DNA of 48,984 nt, counting the filler, from Sphacelaria rigidula (taxonomy: Eukaryota): NCBI GenBank assembly GCA_964200075.2. It is 3 parts of 3 records of this genome, joined end to end, with 100 filler letters (N's around TTAATTAATTAA, not from the genome) between each part and the next. Parts side by side here need not be neighbours in the genome. Positions count along the whole stretch, not along the records: positions 16,363 to 32,624 come from CAXNAA020001421.1; positions 32,725 to 48,984 come from CAXNAA020001422.1; 1 more part is not named here. The stretch is one strand, 5' to 3'. A model generated the notes under the pieces. It saw nothing but the letters and a program-made list of their open reading frames with translations. It was not told the origin of the DNA and made no database searches. Position 1 is the first letter of the stretch; the number at the start of each line of letters is the position of its first letter. Shown here piece by piece: positions 24,799-36,300 of the stretch. A program made the translations under genes and the position numbers.

Positions 24799-26553
24799 AT
24801 GGCCGCGTGTGTGAATAATCTGGCGTGTATCATGGCAGTTTTTTTCGTCACCGGTGTTTGTCATTGTGATATCATGACGGCTGAAGCTACTCTGTGCTTT
24901 CCGTCTCGCGCGCTCTACCCACTTGAACACTGTCTACGTTCCTGTTCAACAACCGACAGCGCTCCTCCTCGTGGCAGCGGCTGTACGTTATTCGCCAACA
25001 ATCCCAGCAGCCCAGCGCAACGATTGTTTTCGTTTTTTCGGCGACGCTTCCGGAGAATACACGGAGGAAAAGAGGGTTCTAACAAATTGTTGGCAGCGAC
25101 GCCAGCCTCAAAAAGTTCGTCTTCAGGGCAAGAGGAAGAAGGAGGAGGCGATGCGACGGAATCGGTGCCGATCCGGGGATGGGATAGTAGGATGGGGGCG
25201 GATGCGATGGAATCTTTTTTGGCGGCGTGTTTGGGTAGTGCACTCGATGTGGACCATTTTTTGGCGGCGGGATCCCTTCGACTGTCCAAGGCGAGAGGGC
25301 TGACACAGCGATCGTGGGGTCATTCAATAGCCGTCTTGCTTTTAGCGGTGAGACCTTGGTCGCACTGCGTTTCTTTACATGGTTATCGATTTGTTTTTTT
25401 TCCTTTCATGTACGTGCTGTATATGATATCGAATCACCGAAGTGCACACCAGTTCGGTGAGTGGCGCGGCGCATCCGCCTACTTTGAACGGCCATCCAGG
25501 CCGTCGAGCTCATGCGGATTGGTCGCGCATGCCAGCCAGACCCTTGGAGGCATCGCAGTTTTGCCATCATGATAGCTCAAGTACCACTTTCTCCGTTGTC
25601 GTGAGAAAAATAGCACACGTCACCTCCCGGACAGTGCAAGACGCACCCCATACCCTTCCGTACCCTGTCCTATTCTCAACTCCACTGACACACGGTCATA
25701 ATGCCGATGCCAACCCCCGAAGGCGGCAATAACGGGGGCTTTCACATTCAGCAAGAGGGCTGCAGCGATTGTTTTTGTGCCGGGAGCATCGCACCAGCTT
25801 CGAGACTCCACCCGGAGGGGTCTATGGCTGTACCCTCCTCGGGGTCCGAAAACGCCTCCAGTAACGTACACGGTGTACTTGCTGGCGCAGGTGGTCCTGC
25901 CACTGGCCACGGCGTCCTTTTTGCGACGGGACGGTATTCTGGGTGCCGTGTGGTGGTGCTTCAGAGGTGTGTACAAGCTGGGAGCGAAGTATGCGTGTAG
26001 GGTGGGTGGGACACCTTTGCTGGGTTGTTGTTGACGCACAAGTACGCGTCTTTGTTCATGTCTGCGCCGCTGGTCATCACTACATCCAGAGATATCCAGA
26101 AGGAATAAAATGGAATGACACGAGGGAGGTTTGGCTCGTTCTGTGTTGTGTGTCCCAAGTTTGTCGGTAGCGAGCACATATCGCACGGAGCACAAAAAAA
26201 AACAGCAAGCAACACCGCTCCCATTTTAACAAAACAGACGCAGCAACTTGTGAAGCTAGCGAGAACGGTAATTTAGGTTTCAAGTCGCTGTGGCGTACGG
26301 TTTGCGCATTCCGTTCTCGTACTGTCATGTTGGACAGGCAAGCGGCGGGCGACGTCAGCAGGCTCAAGCGAATGCGCAAGAGGCGAAGGGCTGTGACAGG
26401 ATGGCAGATTGGGGTTGTAGGGATCGCCACAAAGAGTTGATATATCTTGAGAAAGAGGACTGCTACAGGGATAGGACAGGGGGTTACGATGGGAGGGTAG
26501 ATCATGGTCGAACGACGGAGATGTACGACGATAGACATATGGTTGTCGTATAG
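24799..26553 (+). CDS. Putative 3-exon orphan membrane protein (~347 aa), possible signal/transit peptide
   Basis: Exons 24799-25347, 25723-26001, 26338-26553; donors GTGAGA and GTGGGT, acceptors AAG (CTGAC branch-like motif near 25685) and CAG; all phase 0 and open. A hydrophobic segment (SIAVLLLA|AAITGAF) spans the first junction. No recognisable domain. Confidence 0.45.
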
Positions 26554-29243
26554 TTGAGAGGTGCTTCGGGTGGAACGAACGAAGATGATTTTGTTGAAGT
26601 GATGGTTGAATCGGGTCTGGTAGAAGAGCAGCGAAGTGTGTTCCCTGAGTTGGCGTGAAAATAAATCGTGAGCGCTTGTTTCAATTGTTGTTCCTCCCAC
26701 CAGAGTAGACGATGAATGGGTCAATCGTTCGGAATTTTCGTCGTTTTACCATCTTCTCTATTCGAAGCACGTTCGTAGGAAGAGCAGGAGAACATCACCG
26801 TGGAATGGGTGCCGTTGGGTAAACAGCACCCATTGCCATCCTCACCGTAAGGGGCAGATCCAAACTCAAACGCCATGCAACACAAGGCCTTCGCTGGTGG
26901 AAATAGTTTCTTGCTCCCCTGAGCCAAATTACGAAGGTCATTCTGTCTCCGCACATAGTATTCATTACATTACTTACGGACTCCTCTCTCCTCTTTTCCC
27001 ACGCGATACAACTGGTATACATATAGTTCAGTACAGAATCCCACTCTCCGTCAAGCTTTGGACTGCGCACACTTCGCTCAACAGATGCATCGCGACACAA
27101 TATAGGTTCTTGCTCTGAGCCGCACTTCCCGCGCGCGTCTCCTGGTAGGTAACAAGCACTGAACGCACATGATCCCTCGCTCACACACACGTATACATCA
27201 GCACCCTTAAACTCCCTCATGGCATCCAACTGCACCCGCCACCCAACCCCGAGAGATGATCTCCTCGGCGCGGCCTACATGCTGAGTAATTTCTCCTGTC
27301 CGCGCAGACAGTAGCGTCAGTGATGACTCTCTTGTCATAAACACAGCAAAGGATCTTACACAACAAATAAGTGTACATGTCTCCGCCTTACACTAATTAA
27401 AACAACCCTTAAAGAGATACGTGCGGTAAAAAGGCAAGCATAAACATGTTGTAAAAGTGGAAATAGAAATACACGCAGCGCAGCGGGTGCGCACGGACGG
27501 CAGGAACAACTCTGTGCAATTTGTAGGGTGTAGAGACAAGTGAAAAAAAGAAGAGAAAAACGCATCTTAATAACTGAATGTATGTCTAGAGAGGCGCCTG
27601 GCACAACTGGTAATGTTGCGCTTAAGTCATTCGCCATTCACACTGGCCACATATCACCAAAACAAGAGGGAAGAGATACAGAAAAACGACGTGATTCAAG
27701 ATGGATCGGACGTAGCGGTCTCTTCGCTCTACTGTTGCGCATAGTCACTGTAGTACCCCCTTTCCCCCACCATGCTCTACAACACTAAACGCCTACCAGC
27801 TGGTGCTGGTATTTACTGTAACAGTCTCATATGCACGCGAGCAACAAGATCTGTGCAAGGGAAAATACAAAAAACAAAACAAATCAGAGACAAATACTGT
27901 ACAGCTGGACAGAACAAACAACACACATGCACAAAATAAAAAAACAGGTTTGCACTGCTGTACCATCTTCATTCACTCCATCACGATCATGACACGTTGA
28001 GGAACAATAATGTGTTGAATTTTTAAAAACGCGCCCCCCAACATTTTCTTCTTTCACTTTTCTTTTTGAATGGAATACGAAGTAAATGAATAAAGACACC
28101 AAACAAAACAAACCAACCGCTTCGGAGGCGGAGGCGAAAACAAGAGTGGTCGTCATCACTGCGCTATCCTGCAACAAAAGTGCCCTTCGCAAAATGAAAA
28201 AACACAGTGCACAAAGCTTCAACTAGTTCCACACGCAGACAACACGTTATCGCTCTGCATTACAACGACAATATAACGCTCTGGTTCTGCGAAGCAGCAC
28301 GCCATCACGACTCCTGGCAGTAGGGTACTACTGCTACTGTGGCAATATTCCAACTGACTTGAGGACCCGAAAAGCCCGCCACGCACATCCAACTGTGTGC
28401 AAGTACACGCGAGAAGCGTGCGTGGGACAGAAGGGTAGGGGCACGAGTATCTACTTTTCAACAGGGGAAAAAAAAAGTAAAACAAAAAAAAAACACTGGA
28501 AAAATAACACAAGTAAAACCAGACGAGGAAGGTCCTCGGAACAAATAAACAATAGTAACAAAAACTAAACAATACGTACTCCAAAGTAGTACAATACCAC
28601 TTTTTTTCTGTGAGGGATAAGTTCAATTAAACACTCAAGTCGGGACACGAACAGCAAGAGCTACACACTGATTTTTTAATTCTCGGAGGGGGGGGGGGCG
28701 GAGGGGAGGAACGGTAGCATGGGTCACACAACAAGTTGCCGTGACTCAGTACAGTACTGGTCACCATAATATTCGCACAAAAGAAAGTTACAAAATAACA
28801 ATGCTGCAAACCACTCGTTGGTGTTATCTTTCTTCTCGCCAGGAACATGAAAGTCACACATACGCATAAACCACGCTGCAAAAGAGACGAGGACGACCGG
28901 TGACAGCTGGCTAGTCACTCTTTCGGGCTTTCCTTGCCGCATCGGCGGAAAACCCAACCAGATGGCAGCGATGCAGCGAGTGTCCGCGTCTTATGAACGA
29001 ACACGTCGGCCTGCAATATATTCGCAGCTCCATGACTTTCACCGCCTGCTCAGACACACGCAACCGTCACATACATCCGTTCAACGCACAGTGTATACGT
29101 GCTTTCCCACGAAGGAACCCACAGGCAGTTAGTTCATTTTACCTCACAGCTGTGTAGAGGCAAAACATTGCTACCGTGGGGCAAAAGTTGCCAATTTTCC
29201 CCCCTCGCGCTTCAGGCTACCAACTCCCCAACCATAATTCGTT

Positions 29244-31220
29244 CTACCTTCCAAGCCCCCCACCTCTCCCACCACCGCCGCGGCCATCCAGTCGAACATG
29301 TACGCCGCCCCAGTGGGGCAACACTGTACACAGAGGCAGGGGAGAGAGAAGAGCAGATGGGCAAGCACCGGTAAATATAGACGGGTGGGATGGCAGAGGA
29401 GAGGTCGGGGGGGATCAGACCTTGCTTGGCGGTTGAGACGACACTGGCAGCCACCTATATGGCGTGCGATCGTACCATCAAAACGTACAACAAGTCTCCA
29501 AAAGTCCAGGCTCTTGGGAAAACAAGACGCGCCGGCGTGCGCGTTGTTCGCGCCGAATGCAACAACACTGCCCCTCAACGTGTTATGTTACGGTCACACG
29601 TTATCGAAGAGGTTGCATTCAGCCCTGATCTGCCCTGCCAACCACTACATCATGCAATTTTGTCTACCTGATTGTTGATATTGCACGCTGGTCCCGTACG
29701 GTCCTAGCGTGGTCCACCTCGGACCGCTGCCGTAACTCGGCACAGGGGCGGAAGCAGCAGCAATATCGATAGCAGGAGCACCAGTAGCATTGTACAAGAC
29801 AGGGGCGGCCGTCGGATAGCCGGGGGCCATCCCTGCTCCTGCAGGGTATATTATTTGCGGATAGGTCTGTTGCACTTGGTGGGGATGGGTGGCCTGCATG
29901 GCGGCCGCTGCTTGGTAAGCCGCTATCGACTGTGCCTGAGCCTGAGCCTGAGCCTGAGCCTGTGCTTGAACTTGCGCTTGTGCTTGCTGCGCTCCGAACG
30001 AGTGGTAGCCCGGTTGCGCGTGGGATGACGGCATATGGGGTGGTGGTGTCGCTGTGAAGAGGGTGAGCTGCTGCTGTTGCTGCTGCTGTTGCTGCTGCTG
30101 TTGCTGCTGCTGTTGTCCCATTTGCATCACGTGGGTAGTTGAATACTGAGAATCGGTGGTTGACGACGCAAGGCGGAGCAGTTCGTGTTCGGAACAGCAA
30201 CACAAGGCGGGTGGAGAGATTGATTGATCGATTGAATTGTCGCACATTAACTCACCGCCGCGGGATCCAGCCGTGGTCGTCATTTCACAAGACAGATGTG
30301 CCGAGGGTAAACAAAATACAAACACACGCGAAAGGAAGCCCGAGAAAGGGGGGATCACCAGCCTGGTCCGGCGGAAACCCGGCGTGCTCCATCCCGACCT
30401 TGTAGGGATGCAAGATCAGCGGTTTTATGGCTACGGCATAGAACATCATGAGTACACTCCGCCCCCCTCCCCCCCATCTCGCCTTGCTATTTTTCTCTCA
30501 CTTCTAACTCCTCCCCGTCCTCGAGGCGAGTCCGTGGTCTCAAGGGATCAACCCATCTCCACCTCAGATTGAGTGTTAACACTTGAGCTCACAAGTACTT
30601 TGCCAACAATCCCCCTGACTACCGCTCAATAGCAGTGCAAGCTCACGATTTGCGTACACGCCTTGTAACTACCCAGCGAACATCTGATGTCACCTGCCCG
30701 TATCCTTGCGTGAACGCCTGCTGGGAGTGCGTAGCAGCTTGTTGCTTTGCCCACCCTTCGTGGTCACTCAACCCCGCTGGCGATATTGCCGCAGAACCAG
30801 CAGCAGGGACCTGCTGAGTGCTTTGGGGCAACTGGAAACCTCGCTGCCCGCCGAAATTGCTGCTGGCACCGCCGGAGCCCGCACTGCCCTCATGACTCCA
30901 GCGGGAATCACCTAGACGTTCAAGAGAAATCCCCTCGGGACCACCGCGTCCTTTGACTGGACGAGTCCATCCTCGACCTCGCCCCTGGTTGTGACACATG
31001 AAGCATACATGTTGTGTTGACGCAAACGTGAGGAGCGGACGTAAAGAAACGACCGGACAACGCACATAATGAGATGAAATGCTTGTTTCGCGTGGAAGTG
31101 AAAATAAGGGTCGCGTTCAGGTACCTGAGCGCTGTTGGGACAACAGGTTTAGGTACCGCCCTAGATTGAATACGGCCGTCTCATGAAAATGTATCGAGAT
31201 GGCGGGATACCTGCCGGTGA
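29244..31220 (-). CDS. 3' part of a low-complexity Q/A/P/Y-rich protein with GRGRG and C-terminal RGG motifs (5' end missing)
   Basis: Exons in transcript order 31220-31211 and 31131-31125 (microexon candidates), 30984-30694, 30145-29668, 29323-29244 (TAG). Phases are consistent; contains Q16 and (QA)n and ends DGRGGGGRGGGLGR*. Followed by a long U-rich putative 3' UTR to ~27350. Confidence 0.72.
30068..30115 (-). repeat. Coding CAG/CAA repeat (Q16)
   Basis: (CAA CAG CAG CAG)x4 on the minus strand, in frame. Confidence 0.9.
30360..30480 (+). repeat. Short interspersed repeat (AGCCTGGTCCGGCGGAAACCCGGCGTGCTCC...CATGAGTACAC + C-tract)
   Basis: Homologous to 32378-32493 (-), 48226-48310 (+) and 8489-8545 (+). 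Confidence 0.75.
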
Positions 31221-32377
31221 CTGCGCGGTGGCAAACAAACCATGCAGGTCGGTGTGCACATATACTGATCGATTGATGTAATCGGCTGTCGCACTGAATC
31301 CAGCAGTGCCAAACGTACACGAAGAGAAACACTCGCTCGAAAGCTCGAGAAAGGAGGGGGGGGGGAGGGACAGGGGATGAAAAAAGAAGCGAAGGAAGGA
31401 ACGAAGGAAAGGAAAAGAGTAGACAAGGCAAGACGAGACGAGACGAGACAAGACAAGACACACATGACTGAAACACGTTACACCTACACAACCCAACCCA
31501 AGCCAACACACACAGACACCCACGGCACAGGCGAATCACGCCTAGCGCTACAGGTAGCTCTTCCTCATGTGTACACAGTGCTACTCGTACCACGGCAATA
31601 CGTCCGGTATTGGGGAAGTGCCGACCGTGTGGATGCAATAAAAGTTCCTCACGGTTGAGTCGTTGGCCGTTTGTGGGTATATTATTCGGCGTCTATCTCA
31701 CAGACATTATGGTGTGTAACTCAAGTTTGAACCGATTTTCTCCGAGCTAGAAACATAGTGCTCATTTAATCAAGAGCTATGGCTCGAGCTAGTCATTGTC
31801 TATCCTGGGACAGTAAGGTCAGGAGTTGATCTCAGCTTGCGCCTCAGGCCCGGACTGTGTGATAGATGTGTACCACATCAAGGGTAATTACGCCGCTTGT
31901 TCACGTTGCCCTTCATGGCGAACAGCCCAAAAACACGTTGGCGAACAGCCCGAACAATCCTCCAATTATTCATGAAAAAATTCGCCCCTGCTTTGTTTCA
32001 TGGTGGGGGAGGTGGGACGGTGGGGGAGGGGGGGCTATCGCAGCGACCAATCTTATTTTTCCGTCTCAATGAAACACGGCGTGGTGGGAGGCAGAGGAAG
32101 AAGTGGCCCCTTTCCTAACTTTGAATGTGCAGCGCATGAAATATGCGGGGTGACGACTCGACCGGAGGCGACTGCTGGCGTTTGCGGAGAAGTATGAACC
32201 ACTCGGGGGAAGGAGTCGACAGATGACTGAACCAGTTATTTGCACTCATTTGTATTACTAAAAGCGCGCGGCCCATTTGTTCGTTGCTTACTGCGTAGCA
32301 ACCAATTCCCTCACCCTTTTCACCGGCTGACAGTCCAAGGACATCCAGGGGTTCTGTGGGGTGGGGAAGTAGTTTTT

Positions 32378-32493
32378 GACTGAGGGGAGGGGGGGTGTAC
32401 TCATGATCTTGCATGCCATAGTCAGATGACCATTGACCTCGCATCTTTACAAAGCCGGGACGGAACACGCCAGGTTTTCGCCGGACCAGGCTC
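32378..32493 (-). repeat. Short interspersed repeat, inverted copy of 30360-30480
   Basis: Reverse complement reads AGCCTGGTCCGGCGAAAACCTGGCGTGTTCCGTCCCGG...GATCATGAGTACACCCCCCC. Confidence 0.75.
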
Positions 32494-32624
32494 GCAATCA
32501 ATCACCAAGCGCGGGACGTACTGTAGCGCACCGACGTATGGTGTAAACCATCGTACACCCCCCCCGCCCCCCAAGTATCATCCTTGGCGGCAACGTTCAA
32601 GGCCCGCCGGGTGTTATGTTTTTC

Positions 32625-32724
32625 NNNNNNNNNNNNNNNNNNNNNNNNNNNNNNNNNNNNNNNNNNNNTTAATTAATTAANNNNNNNNNNNNNNNNNNNN
32701 NNNNNNNNNNNNNNNNNNNNNNNN
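32625..32724. other. Artificial contig linker (N44-TTAATTAATTAA-N44)
   Basis: Same as 16263-16362. Confidence 0.95.
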
Positions 32725-33318
32725 GCCGAAAAGACCCTCCCCACGCCGTACCGACAAGACCGGTCATGGCCTTCGTCGGAGGACGGGGAACGGAGGACGT
32801 ATTACTAAACGAGAAATTCAGGAAATTACCCAAATACGAAATTTGCCCATCCGAGCTCTGCGTAGTACAGGGAGGTTGAACCAATCCCGATCGCTCTCGT
32901 GAATAACTTCGCACGCCCTTTTTTTTTTCACCTACTCATTGCGCTAGAGCCGAAACAAATTGTGCTTTGGACCATAAACGGTCAATAACACCCCCTCTCA
33001 ATTCAGCCCGGAAGTTGTTCAAAAATGAGCGCAGAAGTGATTTTTTTGTCGGAATGCTGAGCAGATGCTTTGTATCTTCTGATCCACAAGCTGCGGGATC
33101 AATAGGTCACCGGGATGAGCTGTGGCACGCGAAAAAAAAGTAGAGAATCGCCGACGACAATAAATTACAAGAATCCCCCATTTCAGCTGAAAACTACCGT
33201 ACTCCCTCGCCGTCACCCCTTACGTTTCTTGTCATCCTCCAGTATCCGCACAGTGGCGACGGCTTCCTCGCAACGGAGTAGCAGTGCACAGCATGTCTCG
33301 CTGTCTTCTTCACTCCAG

Positions 33319-36300
33319 ATTTCGCTTGGAGCGGCGATATACGCCACGGCTCAAGACATCGTCGACCTCTGCGACGCCCACCAGACCATGTCGGCCGCCC
33401 GAAGCCTCGCCGAGAAAGGGGGTGCCGGCGGTGGTGGAACGAGTGTTGAGGGCGTTGATCGTCTCGCGGCTTCGGCGACGTCGCTGACGGGGGCCGTGGA
33501 TATTCTCCGAAGGTTGGGACAGGGGAAGGGGGGTTTGGGGGAAATTTTGAGCGATAGGGAAGGGAACGGGACGGCGGAAGAAGCAAGTGCGGCGAAGTCG
33601 GCCGCGCTCGGGGCGGTTCGTGATTTGGCCGATCTGCTCGCAAGCGAGGTGCGTGTCCTTGTGTGCATGTTGAAAGAGCGATGGTGGTTTACCATGTCTT
33701 CGACCGCAAACACACCGAAAGGTCGCTCATAGATTTCTCTCCTCGTCCCGCACTCGACCGTAGTGTAGGTCATGAGTTATGAGGTTATGATGCAGTGATG
33801 TCTCTACAACTACTGTGCCAACCTTTGTACGAGTGTTATTCTTTACCCGTACCTTGTACCTACACAACGTGAGTGGGGACACAACGGACTCTCCGGAGTC
33901 AACGTTGACGTTTTCGTCGTGACTTTCCATGTTGCTGATGTTCCCGCCATGTGATGAGAGCAATTAACCCCAACCCTACCCAGCACTTGGTTCGTATCGC
34001 TCACGGGCGCTCATAGTGTCGCTCGTGGGCGCTCAGTTTCCCTGACCCCCATCTCCACCCCAAGAGTGATCCGCGTGCCCGATGGATGGAATTTTGCATA
34101 CGTCGGACGAGCACGAGTGTGACTCGTGGCACTCGCACTCGTTGGACTTCTCGTTGGCCGTGAAAATTAATAGGGCGAGCACTCGAGTCAGTACTTGTTG
34201 CGGAAAACAATAAAAGGGTAAGCACTCGAGTCATTCCTCGTTGGCCGTGAAAATTAACCCCTCTGGCACCGGGCCTTCAGAACGGCCAATGAGGCTGGTC
34301 AGGAATGACGTGTCTGGCGTCTGCACGAAACAGTAGCATGTTGCTGAAAATCCGCGAATGTAACGACAGGGTTATGACGAAGACTAATAGTTTTATCCAA
34401 TCTGTTTTCAGGTGCAGGGTGCGCATTAGATACGAAACATCTGATGTAGTGAGCAGTATGTGTCGCCGTACAATAGAGAGCTTTCAACATGATGCGGCGA
34501 CCGGCGGGCCGCCCGCCACTTGTGCCTTTGGATGATATTATTGTCCCCATCACCTTTCCACACAGCCCTTTGTGGTCGGGGTGGGCCGCCATTTCCCTCC
34601 TTGTTGCAAGCGGCAAATTATCGTGGAAGGATACGGGCGTTTCGGTGCACATACATAAAACAGTACAAAACAGTGCAGAACGCCTCTCCAAATGCAGCAG
34701 CAGCTGCCGCTGCATACTCCCTTGCACGTTCTAGGCAGTTCTCAGCGACGAAGATTGTTCATCCCCGTCCACTACATACATGTTCACAGTGTTCAGCAAG
34801 TCATCGGCAGAGGGATGAGCAGAATTCATGACGGTAGCCCCTCTTGTCTTTCAACAGCCCACCTGGGTTTAGTGCCTCGTGAAAATGACCACATTGTGGC
34901 ATGTACACTGCTTCCCGGTTTTTCCCATCCCACCGTGTGTTAGTGTAACTACTACGTTTTAGTATGGACTGGCGACCCCGAAAAACTCCTGGGAAATCCC
35001 GTGAACGCTGTACTGAATGCAAGTAATACGATAAGCCATACTCCCAGTATCCTGGCTTTAATAACCTGGGAAGGCTTCATACGTCGGACAAGCACGAGTG
35101 TGACTCGTGGCACTCGCACCCGTTGAGCTGCTCGTTGGCCGTGAAAATTAATAGGGCGAGCACTCGAGTCATTTCTCGTTGTGGAAAAAATTAATAGGGC
35201 GAACACTCGAGTCATGCTCGTTATGTTTTGGAAAAACACCCACGAGTGCACTCGGCTAAACGAGTAGTGACTCGTCCGACCTGTGGAATTTTGTCGTGCA
35301 GCGGGCGCCTTGTGACGGCCGATGGTGCGTTGTTTAGTATTGATGAAAAGTGCGGCGCCAACAGTCCATCCCGCTAGTTGCTCACGTCGTACATACGGAG
35401 TTTGTCCTCTCTCAGCCACCGCCGGTTTTTACGTCAGTATCTCGCGAACACCGCATGGCGAGAGGGGAACGGCTGTCCAGCGAGCTTCTGTCTGACCTTG
35501 AGAGACCTCCTCAGAGTACGGCACAGTACCTGTCCGAGTGTACGTCGACCGAAACAGTATCCTGTGTATTTTAGTTGGCGTCTGAACTATTCATCTTGAA
35601 CTTCCTTCGTAATTGATGATTTTCTTTGGCTCTTTTGCCTGCCATTGCTCATCACATTGGAGATCTGAAGAACTCATTCCCGCTCCACATTAAAAAAAAC
35701 AATAATCTGTACAGGAGTGCCCCAAAAAAATGCGAGGCCCTATGCCGATTTTTTCAATCCCAGGTGTTTTCGGGGAGGGGGGGGGGGGGTTACTAAATCA
35801 CATACATGAAAAAAAAAGTATATAAAAGAATTTAAAAATGTGTTGATGAAGCTTTAATTCTTCGCATATCTTCGGAGCCAAGGTCGAGTTTTTTCCATGA
35901 GTTTCGGCACTACATCGCACATCACACTTCCACAAGAACAAGAGCAGACAAATACCACAATGATCTGCAATGCTTGCTCAACCGAGCGTGACGCATCTAT
36001 TTGCACCGCCAATTTGCGTCCAATGTTGTGGTGGCAGATAGGGCCAACAGTCATGGGCGCTACCTCACCCAAGTCGCCCTAAAATAGCTTTTTATTGAGT
36101 GTTTCTCACTGTGAAAATCAAAAGTCCTACGACCGCCGGAGGGGGGGGGGTACATCGGGTCTCGGAGTTTTTGGGGGGCACTCTCGATCTGTACTAAATT
36201 CTGAGTGACTTACGGGCTGACCGGTCATCAGGGGTCCTGTCACTTTTCAGCCCAGATTCTGACTCTTCGGTATTTTCTATCGACCGAGCCTATTCCGATC

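Noticed and set aside
31125..31160. 36-nt exon using the TAG acceptor at 31161-31163
   Set aside because: Contains TAA in the frame required by the downstream exon; the CAG acceptor giving 7 nt fits better.
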